From: Felis catus
Taxonomy: Eukaryota
Length of the DNA stretch: 64,000 nt
Direction: 5' to 3'
Assembly: GCF_018350175.1 (NCBI RefSeq)
Contig: NC_058368.1
Location: 12,214,001 to 12,278,000, forward strand
Shown here: positions 49,238 to 62,639 of the stretch, piece after piece
Numbering within the stretch: the first letter of the stretch is position 1
Layout of the letters: each line of letters starts with the position of its first letter
Notes under the pieces: model-generated
Databases searched by the model: none
What the model saw: only the letters and a program-made list of their open reading frames with translations
Told to the model about the DNA's origin: nothing
Translations under genes and position numbers: made by a program

Positions 49238-50631
49238 CTGTTTGGCCTGGTCAGAGAGGCCCCTACACCAGAATCCCTCCTTTCCCTGACCCCAGTGGCC
49301 TCCGACTCATTAAGAGATGCTCTGTCCACATCGCTGGGTGTTGTCCGACCTTCGGAGACTGAGTTGCCTTCGAAATCTAAGGTGATCTGATTAGGCGATG
49401 GAAAGGGGCATAATCCAGATTCTCCAACCAGTGCGTCGTGTGTTTGCAGCTCAGGCAAGACGTTCTTTGACCAGTCATCCACTACCTCCTGGAGCCCATT
49501 GACGTGGTGCAAGATGTCATCTAAATGAGGGAAGAGGTCATCTTTCTCCAAGTCCAAAAGGTCTCCCGTGCTGGCGTACAAATGGGAGCCCGGGACGTTG
49601 TCGTAGATACTGACTCTACTTGCTCTGTGGCAGGACGCCATGAGTCTGGGCTCCCCGGCACCAGGGCCCTGCTGTCTGCCCAGGGAGATGCTACCGGTCC
49701 TCCAGTTAACCCCATTGCTACCGTCTGTGGGCGAGAGGCTCTCAATAGAGAGTGCCTTGGGGAACGTTCCTGGTTTGTGATCCTTGGGAATATGCACGAC
49801 CAAGTTCTCCTGGGAATGGAACTCGTGTGCGTGGTTCTGGTCGCCTGTGTCCCGCAGTGCCGTCCCGGCCAGCACGTCCAGGTCTTCCAAGTACATGCCC
49901 CCGCGCTTGTTGGCCTCCTGGCTTTTCCGTTCCTTGGGGCCGGGCGTGCTCACCCCGCTACCGCTGTTTAACGACTGGCTGCTTTCCCCGCTCCATTTGC
50001 CGGAGCTCAGGAGCCCTCTGGTGCAGGCAGCGGGGGGCGAGCTCTGGAGATCCCCGTTCGGGATGGGGACGCACTGCATGGCCTTGAAGGCCTCTGGCTC
50101 CTGTTGCAGCACGGGCCCGCTGATCACCAAGCCCCCGGTCCGCCCCGGCCCCTTGTGCCTTCCGTGCGCTCCCTTCCCTCGGAGTGTCTCCATACGTTTC
50201 AAAAATGATTTGGCTCTGGTCCTGGTGGCTTTCTCATTCTTTGGGTGGAGGGGGTAGCTGAGAACGTCTTTGGGGGACTGTGGGAGGCTGCCGCTGACGA
50301 ACGTGGCGTCCAGCATGACTGGGCTGTCGGGGCAGGACTGGCCGGGGCAGTCGAACGGCTCGCGGCCCGCGCTGTGGCTGCCCGGCTGGCCGCGACCGTC
50401 ACTCCCTCCGCTGCTCTCACTGTGAATGGAGCAGACCTCGGGCTCGCTCAGGTCTGTGAGGACACTTTCACTGCTGGTGGTGTTCCTCATCCTAATGTCT
50501 CCCGATGACCCATTCCGGTCTCCTCCGGGGAACAGCGTGTGCAGGTCGTCCACGCGAGACCACCGGCGGCTGGTTCTTTGGAAAGTCCATTTGTTGCTGA
50601 TGCAGAGATCTTCCTCATCTGAGTCGTCACC
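49238..50631 (-). CDS. STARD13: STARD13 large exon (exon 5 eq.), 1394 nt, serine-rich linker with SIYDNV tensin-binding motif, LDDILHHV LD-like motif and RRDSGVG
   Basis: Core of the 515-aa ORF 49225..50772; acceptor tttcag|GGTGACGAC, donor AAACAG|gttggt; GDDSDEEDLCISNKWTFQ...ASLTRPNR is recognisable DLC2 sequence. Confidence 0.97.
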
Positions 50632-51062
50632 CTGAAAAACATTACAGATGACGCTCGCTTCCAGGAAGCATGGATGCAGTGGGAAACCGGGTGAGCACCG
50701 AGGCACGGTACTCCCCCTCTTTTCCCTTCCTTCCACGCGTGCCCTCTGGCTGTCCCACGGTCCTTCCACCATCTTTCATTGTCCCCCACACCCTCCTCCT
50801 CCCTTGTGCCTACAGATCTCTTCTCAACCTGCTGAGCTTTCTTCCTTTTAATTTTCATAGAGGTTCTGAGTCCTTCCTTCCTCTCTGAGAAGTTTTCCTT
50901 GACTGATTACGAAGAGGTGTAATTACCATCTGACTAGACATCTAAATATAAAACACCTGCAGCTCTCTTTTTCAGAAACTTAATCCTGCCATCAAAGGCA
51001 CCGACTTCTTTCCCGAAACCTCTTCACTGAGCCCCAGGACCATAGTTCCAGCTTCCCTCCTC

Positions 51063-51290
51063 TTTTTTTTTTTAATTTTTAAAAATGTTTTTATTTTTGA
51101 GAGAGAGAGAGAAGGGGGGGGGGAGAGAGTGGGGGAGGGGCAGAGAGAGAGGGAGACACAGAATCTGAAGCAGGGTCCAGGCTCTGAGCTGTAGGCACAG
51201 AGTGTGATGCGGGGCTCTAACCCGTGAGCCATTAGATCATGACCTGAGCCGAAGTCGGACGCTTAACCGACTGAGCCATCCAGGCGCCCC
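51063..51290 (-). mobile_element. CanSINE (SINEC_Fc)
   Basis: TSD tccagc(t/c)tccctc. Confidence 0.94.
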
Positions 51291-54200
51291 TCCAGCCTCC
51301 CTCTTCTGAACCTCAGAGTCAATCTATCTCAAAAGTAACACTCCTTACCTTAGTCTCCCAAATCTGATTCTTACCACGTATTCCCTGCGCAAATTAATGC
51401 CAAAATTATCCACTGAATTCCCCTAAGTAGAAACTTGGGAGCCATTACAGAGATCACTAGTTGAGGAGAGTCCAATCCAGCCGGCTCTGCTTGGCCAGCC
51501 TGCTTGTTTTTGATCAGCTCTGAATCTAAGTGCCTTTTCGCAGGACATGCATTGCCGGGCAGCTGAGCCCCCAGTGCTCTGCCCTGACTCACACTCTGCA
51601 CCTCACACACTTCTTTTTCCTGTCTGGGTGCTGCCTGAGTAGAAACCCCCTGAGAGATGAGAGTCTGGGCTCCTTGAGGCCAGAGATGTCCTCGTTTACC
51701 TTTGCCAACCCTTGTGGCCCAGGACAGACCCGGACCTAGGGCAAAAAATCATAATTTCCCTCCAAGATGAGTGGATTCATAGCTTCTTCCCCCTCCTCAT
51801 CCTGCATGTTACCAAGACCCAACTCTGAAGTGACTTTCAAATCCATTCCCTCCTTCACATCTGCCCTCTCATTCCCTTTGTGTAGGCCCTTGGCACCTCT
51901 GTCTGGGTCCGTTACAGTAAAAGCCTGGCTAGAATCCTTGTCTCCAGCGTCTTTCCCATCTAAACAGCTTTCCACAGTGTAATCCAAATATGATCATGTA
52001 ATTTTCCAGCTTCAAAGCCTTCAGCTTCCCTTGGCCTTCCTAGAAGTCTTTAGCATGGCCATTCAAAGCCCTTTCAACCGGCCTGCAGTGTCCTGTTCTT
52101 GCCTCACTTTACTTGTGCCTCCCAGTTTCCCCGCTCCCTGGCCCATTCTCTTCGAAGCCTTCCCTCACTGCTCCAAGGCAATGACTACTTCCCGCCCAGA
52201 GCTCCTACAGCATTTGGGTTAGATCTGTGTTGTAGCACTTACTCTAATGATAACTTGAGCTCACGCTGCTCGAATCCACTCTCAGTTGTTAGAGGTAAGC
52301 TCATCAAGAGAAGGGCTTGTGTTTCTGTGTCTTAATCACATTTATAACCTCTCCAACGTCAAGCACATAGTAACTGCTCAATACTGTTTTGTTATTTGAA
52401 TTACATTTATTTTACTTTGACATCTGGTTCTAAGACCTGGTTCCAAATTCTAGTAGTACCAGTTAAGAGTTTAGGTGATTGCTTGCAAATTGCTTCTTCT
52501 CTCCAAAGTTTCCATCAACTCATGAAATGGTACTAAAAACAGGTTCTGCCTCATGGGTTCGCTGAGGGAGCTAAATGAAATAATGCATTTAGTAGGCCCT
52601 CATTAGAGGAGTATTTGTTATTTTCCAGTGTTGGCTAAATTGCTTATCTACTTATTGTCTAAGAAGACTGCTTACCTATCTTTTTACATATCTAATGTCT
52701 ACTTTAACCCCCCTTAACTTTGCGATATATTCTCCTTTCAAGAAAAAGTAAATAGATGTTCAGGCAGTAAATATTGCCATCTCCCTATTCTCACTTATTT
52801 CTTGAAAATCTAGATTCACATGGGCTGGACTAACTGACAAATTTGAACATTCACGTACAGCGGTTACATTCATATACGGTGGAAGGTGGAAGAAAGTAAA
52901 AACTGAGGTACTAATGGAGAATTCCATCGCGTTGGGATCACAGTGGGAAATTAGCTTTGAGTTTAAAAAAAGTCATATAAAGCTTTGGCAAAAGAGTTTA
53001 AAAAGATGTACACGTAGGAAAAAAGGAAAGGGTCTCGGGTGATGAATCAAAGTTATACTTTCTTTATAGCATTTTAGAGTTCTCTTTTTCTGTGATTGAT
53101 ACACAGTAAGACATGACATTTGAGAGCCACTTATGTATCAGGCACCATAAAGGTTGAAGGGTGAGCTCACTGGATTTTCAGATCACATTTCAGGAAGCTA
53201 GTGAAAAGAAGCTGATATTAAGTTAGCATTCTGAAAAAGCCCTTTCAGCAAATACGTTTTGAGAAGCCAAAGAAAGGATATATTTTTAAAGAAAATGTAT
53301 ATATTTTAAATAGAAACTACGATATTTAGCGTGGGCTCCAATGATGTCTCTCAAGTTAGCCCAAACTCGGTTACTGATGCTAGAAAACCACATACGAGTT
53401 GGATAAGGATTCCTTTATTTTGGTCAAGAAAAGATGCCAAGCTGGGCACTGTGGACTGGCAATGGAAAGCTTGCCCCCGTCTGCTAGACTCTAAGGGTTT
53501 ATTATACTAGCTTTGGGCAACAGGAAGGTATTTACAATCCAACCAAGGCATGTGAAAAAGTGGTAAACTCCTGGAAAACACGGCCAGCAGTTCAGGGAAA
53601 TTTTGCAGTATTTAGATCTTTTGAACCCAAACAAACAAATGAAAACCAAAGCAAAAAAACCCCAAACAAACAAAACAAAGAAAAAAGAAAAAAAAACACC
53701 CATTCTCCTTTAGCATCCTGTGCATGTGATTATCATAGTATGTCCCAAAGGGCAGTGACATGATTCTGTCTGTATTTTCCACCAGGGCAGAATCTTTCAA
53801 CCTATTGATAGTGACATACAATAAGAAACTTTCCATCACAACTTAAGGCACACACATGTTACAATAAACAAACATACAAATGAATAAATAACCAAGCTCA
53901 TGATATAAATATTATCCTTGTTTTTACTCATATTTTATAATCTAGTTTAGTCTATTTTTCTTAATATTGTCTGTTACCCACCAAAATTGTTTCACAGCTC
54001 ACCAACGTGTCATGACTGACAATATGAAAAACACACTGTGCTAGAGTTTAAGTTTTTTTTTTTTTTCTAAACACTCAGGGCCCAGCAGACTTAACGTGCA
54101 TACAGCCGACTCTCCAGTAATTGTGGAAGTGTACTGATTAAGAGATATTGAGATCTCCTCTGTTTGATAATTTTTTTGAGGCTTAAAAACAAATAGCTTG

Positions 54201-54299
54201 ATTATTTAGGAATGCAAAATGGAAATCTCTAGGAGTCAGATGTATTTATGAGAAAAAGACACACCAGACAAACCTTAATCTCCCATCTCAATGGTTTAG

Positions 54300-55380
54300 T
54301 ATACCATGGAAATCCAGACACAGAGTGTCTGGATTTCAGCAAAAGAACTGACAAGAGATTCTCACGATATCGTTGTGACCAAGATGGCTAACCGTGTTGG
54401 ATGCTATAGAGAGTTCTTTTGGTAACTGGTTGAGTAGTTCACACCAAAGAGTGTGGTCAAAAGGCTGAATGCAACTACAGGAGAGCTCTCTGGAGGATGC
54501 CTCCAAGTTATGTCAATTTTAAGAATAACTTGAATGAGCCAGGAGAACTCATGTTAGGTAATTCACTAAGTAATGTTGACCAAGGTACCCTTTTTGAGAG
54601 TCAACTATCTCAGTTGTAAATGGGAATAATAGTAATATAAATCCAGCATGATTTGTCAACACAGCCAAAGGAGATTATATGTGAAAATGACACGTAAACC
54701 TTAAAGTACAATGTAAAGCTACTTATTGTTGTTAGAGACTGGTGATATCGGGATGTATAAAGACCTTAACAGAACGGAATGGTGGCCTCTTAATGAGATA
54801 AAATTTCATGAAGTAAAAAATAAATTAAATAAACAAACAAACAAAAAACCCCAAGTCACTCACCATAGACAGTTTGAGAAACTGTTCAAGATTGAGCAGA
54901 GGTCAGAAAACTTTCTGTAAAGGGTCAGATAGTAAATATTATAGGTTTCTGGGCCATGCGATCCCTGTCATACCTGGCCAACTCTGCTATTAGAGCCAGA
55001 AGAATGAGTGTTCTAATGCAAGTTTCACTTTGTTTGCAAAAACAGGAACAGTGGTTTGCGGACCCCCAGTCTAGAGGATTGAAAGCTGATGGGCTGCTGT
55101 GTGAAAAGTGAGCCCTCGGTGCTTCTGCAGAGAAAAGAGCTAGAATCCAATGGGCGAGAGTTTACATCAAATCCGCTTTCGGCTTACTGTGTGGAAGACT
55201 TCCAGTAATTAGAAAGAAAATAAATTGCCCTGCAGTGCAGCAAACTCATCGTGGCTAGATGCTCACAGGCAGAGGCTGAGTGGGCTATGAGCAAGGCTCT
55301 CGGAAGTAAATCCTGTAGTGGATGAGAGGCTGGAGGAGATGATGGAACATCCCTTCCAACTCAAAGATCTAATGGTCCTA
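54300..55380 (+). mobile_element. CR1/L3 LINE remnants (RT fragment ~54300-54560, 3' end ~55080-55380) split by the MER58
   Basis: ctggatttcagcaaa...gacaag...tctcacgatatc (LDFSKAFDKVSHD-like) and L3-like tail cccttccaactcaaagat. Confidence 0.6.
54897..55075 (+). mobile_element. MER58-like hAT-Charlie MITE
   Basis: cagaggtcagaaaactttctgtaaagggtcagatagtaaatatt...ctctgc...tttgcggacccc. Confidence 0.8.
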
Positions 55381-56944
55381 GGATATGCACCTGCAATTAT
55401 CTTCAATTTGAGACTGTAATACTCTCCAGTCAAGCGAATGCTGGAATACGACGTAATTTTTTTCTCTTTTGACTCTGCTGTTTGGAGTTAGTGGGAAGCG
55501 TCTAATTTGGAGGGAGAGACTGGGGTGTGTGTGAAAAGCAGAGGGGGTGGAGGGGAGAGGAGACCGGGCCCCTGGACAACAGCTGCAGCTCCTTTGAAAT
55601 GCTGATAGCATCCAGGCCCCGAGATGCTGGCTGCAAGGTGGCAATTAGTCACGGTTTCTGAGTTGCTTTCCACCTTTGGTCATGATTCAGAGAGCTTTAT
55701 TAAAACTATAACTTTAACCAGAACCGTTTGAAGCCAGCCTTTCTCTCTTGGGAAATCGTAGGGAAGAGCCTTGTGAGCATATATGTCCGTCTCTTTCCTC
55801 ATTTAACAGACAGCCTACTGGAGTCTTTGGTCTCAACTTAAACTTTGAACGAAAGTCATACCACGTAAACACTAACCAATGGGGAGTTTGAAGGTCATCG
55901 TGAAGCAAGTGTGAATTTTGTAGGTAATGATGAAGAAGAAACACTTTTTCTGAGAACAAGTAGGTCTGTGTGTGCCTTGGAGTTTTTAATTTAGATGAAA
56001 TGCTGATATTTTGGCTTTTCCGAAAAATGGGAACATTCTGAGTTGAAATTATATATTCCTCAGAGACAAATGCCAAACAGACATTGCAAAAGAAAGGTGT
56101 TTTTTTTCTTTTTATTTTTTTTATTTTAATGGCATTTGGCCAGATCTTTACACTGGAAACAGGAGCCCACACAGGTCGACAGCTGCAAGAGGCAGCTAAT
56201 CCACGGTTACGTAGAAATTTAGAAGTGTATCTTCCATTCAGGTTAACGGGAGCTGAGTGGTGGAGTCCACCTGTTCAGAAGCTGGAATGTACCATTTGCA
56301 GGGCTGCAGGGGAAGGAGCCTGAAGCCGGAGGCAGGGGAGCTGCTGGTGTCCTCAGGGTCTCCAGAAATGCCTCCTGCCTGGGTTTTAGTAAGTGTCTCA
56401 GTGAGGTGTGTGGCCGAGACTGAGAATACTCTTCTCTACTTGACTCTCACAGAGACAGGGAAGGTTACCTTGAATCTCTGATAAATCACTTTTCTCTCCC
56501 ACAAAGAGAAAATCTTGCGCTACTATCTTGAGAGGGGGAGGCAGGTGTGATTTCATTTTTCCTGGGGCTTTACAAGTAGCCATTTGTTGTCCAAGAAAGG
56601 TGTGTGCCCAAGTAAGTATGAATGAGGCTTCACCATCCTCATTTGTTTGCATACTTGTTTTTCTTTCTTGGGTGAACCCATCAAACTCTTCAGAATTAAA
56701 AAAAAAAATCCAATCAGAAGGAAATGCAAAGCAGAGCAAGGACATTCACTGTGAGAGACCCAGAAATGCATTTCTACAAGGACATTAAATAGATCATGGA
56801 CTTCTGTGCAGATGGCAAGAAACATCCCTCTTCTAAAAACAACAATAAAAATACATTATAATTGTATGTATTGCAGAGGAAACTCTTCCACTTGGCCTCA
56901 GGCCAAGTGCCAGAAGTCCCCTCAGACTCCAGTACATTTCTGAA

Positions 56945-57404
56945 TTTTTTTGTTATTATTTTTTTAATTTAATGTTTATTTATTTTGGGGAGAGAGAGAC
57001 AGAGCATGAGCGGTGGAGGGGCAGAGAAAGAGAGGAAGACATAGTATCCGAAGCAGGCTCCGAGCTGTCAGCACAGAGCCCGATGCGATGCGGGGCTCCA
57101 ACCCTTGAACCGTGAGAACATGAGCTGAGCCAAAGTCTGACGCTTAACTGACTGAGCCACCCAGGTGCCCCCTTTGTGTTATTTTTTTTAAAGTTTTTTT
57201 TTTTTAATGTTTATTTATTTATTTTGAGGGAGAGAGAGAGAGAGAGAGAGAGACCAGGAGAGGGGCAGAGAAAGGGAGAGAAAGAATCCCTAGCACTTGC
57301 AGTGCAGAGCCTGACTCGGGGCTCGAACTCATGAACTGTGAGACCATGACCTGAGCCAACATCAAGAGTCAGATGCTTGACTAACTGAGCCAGCCAGGGG
57401 CCCC
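56945..57404 (-). mobile_element. Two same-orientation CanSINEs (~56955-57170 and ~57183-57404); the first apparently inserted in the A-tail of the second
   Basis: Two heads (ccaggtgcccc, ccaggggcccc); outer tgaatt repeat, inner tttg(tg)ttatt repeat. Confidence 0.9.
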
Positions 57405-59049
57405 TGTGAATTCTTTAAAAGGCAAGGAGGGGCATTTTGGTGCCAGAGTATCTGGGGTCAAACCTTGCTATTTCTGAGTGACTTTGAGCAAGTTACTCCC
57501 TGTGCATCCGTGACACGGGGAGGGATAGCGCCTGGCACAGGGCATGCTCTGTGTGGGTGTTTGCCGCCCACACAAACTGCTAGGTGAGCACATGTAGCCC
57601 TTTCATTGATCCCAAAGGGAGAAAGAACCACTGGGGCTATGGACACTTAGGCAATTTGGGGATGGTATTCTACAGAATGAATCATGTCTGGGCCTCTGCA
57701 GATGAGAGATAAGGATTATATTTTTATTTCTTAGATTGCCTAAAATGGGGACATAGCTAGAGGAAATGCTGCTGGTTGTCTTTTTCTTCCAACTAAACGA
57801 ATTCCGAAGTTGACTGCAGTGTCACATGGTGCTTCTTCTCAAGTTTCACTTTCTACGTTTGATCATTTGACCTAGTCCTAGCTTGTATTTATGTATGTAT
57901 TTATATTTTTTTGGTGCAGTAAAATAAAGGGTGAGCCTATGACTTGTGGAAGGGGCAGATCACAGGAATGCACACCCCCACACGGTCTCCTGCATAACTG
58001 CTTAGACCACAGCCCCAGATGCTGGTCATTATTGAGATTCACAAGGTGGTGAAGACCACATGTTGAAATTATTTATTTGAGAAGTCAGGCCATGTCTTCT
58101 CAATTTACTGAGTGCAAAGCCGTATTTTATTTCAGTGCATGCATTTGTGAGGCCTCTAGCTGAGCAGGGGCTGTAAGGGTAAGGGCTGCTACATCCAACG
58201 TGAGGAATAAATTAAGAATGTCAGAATACTGAAGTGACCGATTTACAGAGGAACTTTTGTGAAGGTAACACGCAACCAGCCTAACAAATGTTATTTCGGC
58301 CGATCTCACATGTGGGTTTTTGAAAAGCTGGTGATAGGGTGAGAATCTGATCACTCCACTTGGCTGAAAACAAATCATGTCATTAGTTTTTGTCTTTTGT
58401 AATACACTGCAGCTACGCAGATCTGTCTAGGAAGCCGTATGGATCAGCCATGCTTTAGACACATAGGCGTGGCTGTGTTAGGTTAATAAGAACCATGTGT
58501 TACGACCAAAACAACATCTGATGCTCACGCTTCAGATCGTGTGTATGCTTTTCAAGGGGTCTATTCAGCCAGACAGCTGTTGGGACGTTTATTTCCACAT
58601 TTTTAATTTGTCTTTGGCCTAGACAAATTGCTCATATTTTAATATTTCTCTGGATATTGTTTTTCACCATTTTACCTCATTAGCTTAAATCTTTGGTTTC
58701 TAACTCAAACCCCAAACTGTTTTTAAGGTGAGGTCAACCAAAATTCATTTGCTTTTTTTTTTTTTCCTTTGGGTGCTATTTTAGAATAGAAATTCAAATT
58801 CAAGTTATTTTTTAAAGATCAGGTTACTCAAGAGTGACTTAAAATCCATTGGATTTAATGATTTCTCTGGGTAGACCAGGATAAAGAGCACTTTCTTTCG
58901 ACTCAAAGATGTTTTCTCTGCTTCTTCAAAATATACTGTGGCTTGACTTGTTACATATTGGAGATGTGAAATGAAAAAAGTAGTCAACGATCTTAATTTT
59001 GAATTTCCCAAGAGGATCAATTCACTGAGGGATAGGGAGGGTTTTCAGC

Positions 59050-59270
59050 GACAGTGGTTATTAGGAGCCTTGATTTTGGAGTCAGGCATGCCTGAGTTTG
59101 AAACTCTGTTCTCCCGCTAGCTTAAAGATCATGAGCAAATGACAACCCGTTCAAGTTTTATTTCCTTTGTCTAGAAAACAGAGATCCTACCTCAATGGAT
59201 TCAATGAGATCACGTATGGCAAGCACATAACATAGCTCCTCGAAAACAGTAAGTGCTCAATAAAGTACAG
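59050..59270 (+). mobile_element. MIR SINE (weaker MIRs at ~3090-3230 -, ~15420-15580 +, ~30910-31110 -, ~39190-39370 +, ~52430-52620 +)
   Basis: MIR core: ttttggagtcaggcatgcctgagtttgaa...cctacctcaatggattcaatgag...gtgctcaataaa. Confidence 0.7.
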
Positions 59271-59930
59271 CTTCATTTCAGAACTGAAGTGTCCAGTCTC
59301 ATTCTTACAGAGGGAATAGCACATGCTAGGCCTAGAACATGGAGGGAGCATAGTGACTCTTAAAACTGAACGAAATTCCTTGTGAGAAGAGAGAAGTGTA
59401 AGTGGGAGGGATGGTAGAGAGGAGGCAGGCCCCGCATCTTGTTGCCACACTCCACACGACCCCTCACTGATTATGAAATGAACCTGCCTGCGGATGAGCA
59501 CATCTTCCAGGGTACTTGGAAATAAAATGCTATGGAACAGGATGAAGCAAAAGACATTTGGCACGGGCCCACGGGTTCTTTTCTGCATTCGCTTAATCTA
59601 CGCATCACTGTGGAGTACTTGAGACTGATGGGGAGTGGATACTTACGACTAAAGAAACTTCTAAAAGATGACCACAGAGAAGGCATTTTATATCTTTCAG
59701 CAAAACTCTTTGATCAAAATGAAAACAAAGTGAAATGGTGAAACAAATGGACCTCAGCCTGGATTTATAATGGGACTTATTTATGATGGTTATGATGAGC
59801 TGGGATATTTGGAAAACATAGAGGGTCAGGCATTTCAGAATTTTGCTTGGGTTCCTGTTGTTTTTAATCCATGAATGCAAACTTCTTTTGTTAACATAAA
59901 CCATGATCTTAGTAAGGTGTAGACACCTAC

Positions 59931-59994
59931 CTTTTTCCTTTGGAAGTTCACATCAAGTTTCATTGAGGCACACTTGTTCAATGTATGCAGTCGT
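59931..59994 (-). CDS. STARD13: STARD13 coding exon (human exon 4 equivalent), 64 nt, end of SAM domain: (R)RLHTLNKCASMKLDVNFQRKK
   Basis: Minus strand tttcag|ACGACTG...AGGAAAAAG|gtaggt; the peptide matches recalled STARD13/DLC2 sequence; phase 2 in, phase 0 out. Confidence 0.95.
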
Positions 59995-60403
59995 CTGAAA
60001 AGAAAGAAAAAGGTGGTGATTGCTACCACTAATAAGCCTAAATTTTCTTTTCAGATTGATTCTCATTTATTGCCAATGAAGTTGAAAGTGTAGAAATGAA
60101 AAGTTATGTCCCAACAAAGTACTGTACCCACTCAACGTATGCTATGCAAAGGGTCCCGTTGGCTTTCCAGCCTACCAGTCCCTACCCATCCCCTAATCTA
60201 AACCCAGTCTTTTCCTGGCTTCCCTCTCCTTTCCTGGAATGCATGAACAGTCATCTTAGCCCTGCTTTCACCAGCCCCTCCATTCATTTGCCACCTCGAT
60301 CATGCTAGTCCCCAAATTCAGATCAACTTAACCATCTGTCCTCTCCCCTACTCTTGGGCTATTGGGTATAAATGGCCAAGATAACTCAGTGCTGAATTAT
60401 ATA

Positions 60404-60775
60404 TGTCGTAGACTAAATTGTGTCCCCACCCAAACTCGTATGCTGAAACCCTAACCCCCAATGTTATTGTATGTGGAGTAAGAAGTAATTGAGGTTAAAT
60501 GAGGTCATGGGAAAGAGCTCTGATCCAACAGAATTGGTTCCTTACAAGGGGAGACACCAGAGAGCTCGCGCTCTCTCAATCTGCCATGTGAGAACACAGT
60601 GAGAAGGTGGCTGTCTGCTAGTCAGAAAGAGTGTGCTTACCAGGGACCAAGCCCTGCTGGCACCTTGATCTTGGACTTTCCAGCCTCCAGAACTGTGTGA
60701 AAATAAATGTCTGTTGTTTAAGACACTCAGTCTGTGGTATTTTGTTATGGCAGACCGGGCTGACGAATAAATACA
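60404..60775 (+). mobile_element. MLT1 (A/B-like) MaLR solo LTR
   Basis: tgtcgtagactaaattgtgtcccc...gccatgtgagaacacagtgagaagg...ccagcctccagaactgtg...aataaat...ataca. Confidence 0.85.
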
Positions 60776-62639
60776 TTTTGATTTTCATCCTCAGCTGGGC
60801 TCTGAAAATTGCTACTCAGCATTCCTTTCATTTTTTTGTCTGGTTGGCTCCCAATCTCTGATCATGAAAAATATCCCAGTCCCACAACAGAGAACTTAGC
60901 CACTGCTGCCAATGAGAAAATATAGCTGAACATAAGCTATCAGACATAAATTCTTTTAATAATCCTTTCCTTCATCATAAAAAAAATGATGTTCCTCTTC
61001 TTTTTCAAAGCTAACCCTTTCATCTTATTTTTTATTTCAACATCCACCACTTCTTCTGGGACCTTGATACCTCATTTATTCCCTCACCTCAGCAAATTCT
61101 CTCGACTGCTTTCTTCTCTTTAAGCTTATCCCTGTCTTGAACAAATTGACTAACCAATTAGTTAGCTACCTAAATCACCATAATCACACAAACAATTTTC
61201 CCCTCAATCCTAATCTTCCCATCAAGCAACTGTACTAACCTACCCCAATATTCCCTTCCTTACACTACTCAACTGCCCGAGAACAGTCTCAATATTCATT
61301 CACTCTTCAATCTATTACAATGTAATTTCCTGAAATGCTCTTGCAAATACCTTTACTAGTTTACTTTATCTGATTACACTTTAAAAATCATAGTTATTGA
61401 ATGCATATGGTTTGAAGAGTCACACATTACCCCTCCTGTCCTTTTTCATTTATGCCTCTTTGGGGGCAACTCTTTCGCCTGTTTCTTTTGTTGGCGTTTA
61501 CCTCTAACAACATGTTTATGCTGTTACTTCTTGATTTTTCAGTACAAATCATTATTTATAGACTTTATTCTCTGCAATGATGATTTATTTTTTTTTACTA
61601 CCTGTCCCCAGCCCTCGCCTACCCCACATTCGTACACTGTATCTTTTATAATTATAGTTATGTCATCATTTCAGTTTTTGGATAAATCAGCATTCAGTGT
61701 TTATTATATTTATTATTGACCATGTAAATGCTGTTCACATGTATATCACACTCTGATTATTTTGTCTTCCATTCTCAACTTTTCATTATCCTAGGAGTTA
61801 ATAAGTGTCTTGTTTATTTGTTTCCTTAGTTTTCAATGTATTTATTCCTAAATTCAAACTCAAATACTTTCTCAGCTATCTAACTCCCTAAGTGTGTTAC
61901 TCTAGTAATCTAATTTCCTTGGTGACGTCTCTCTCAGAGCCTTCTTACCTGTTCTAGTTGGGGGTTTGCTGCCCTTGTTTTTAGTTTAGTTTATTTTACT
62001 ATCATGGGCTGATCAGATTTCTCAGCACTCAGATTCTCAGATTTTTCTTGAGTGTGTTTTCTAACACGCTGAGGCTGAGCTACAAAAGAGGCCTGAGAAC
62101 CTCAATATTTAGAACATAAATATCACTGTCACTGAAGTTCCCATTTTCACTTGAGTGCCTCACCTTCAACTATGTCTAGTGTTCCCCCAGCCTAGGGAAC
62201 TTCTGTTGTAGCCTCTCCAGGCCATCAACTTCTAGTTTTGGGCTGATGGTGGGGAAGAAAAGTCACCTAGATATAAACTAGGGGAGTAAATCCAGGGCTC
62301 TATCTACTTTAAAACAGAATTTCAAACAACCGTCTTCTTTTTAGCCTCCCTTAAATGTCAACCCCCATTTTTGAGCTTTTTAGGATTATTGTAGTACAGA
62401 CTGAATTTATGACTTACTTCACTGACCACTCAGCTTTTATTTCTTGGGCTTGCCAAGTTTTCTACTACATCATTTCTGTTTTTCTGCTTTGAAAATTTTA
62501 TAGTTGTGGTGTCTCTCTTTGTATGGACATCTGCTTTTGTAAAGGAATGCCTCTCTAAATCAGTGGGAATTTAGATAGCAAGAAAATTCAGGCGTTCAAT
62601 CTCCTATCTTTGATGACTCCTTTTGTATTCTGACTGCTC

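Noticed and set aside
49525..50508. Long plus-strand ORFs antisense to exon 5
   Set aside because: Expected shadow ORFs of a GC-rich coding exon
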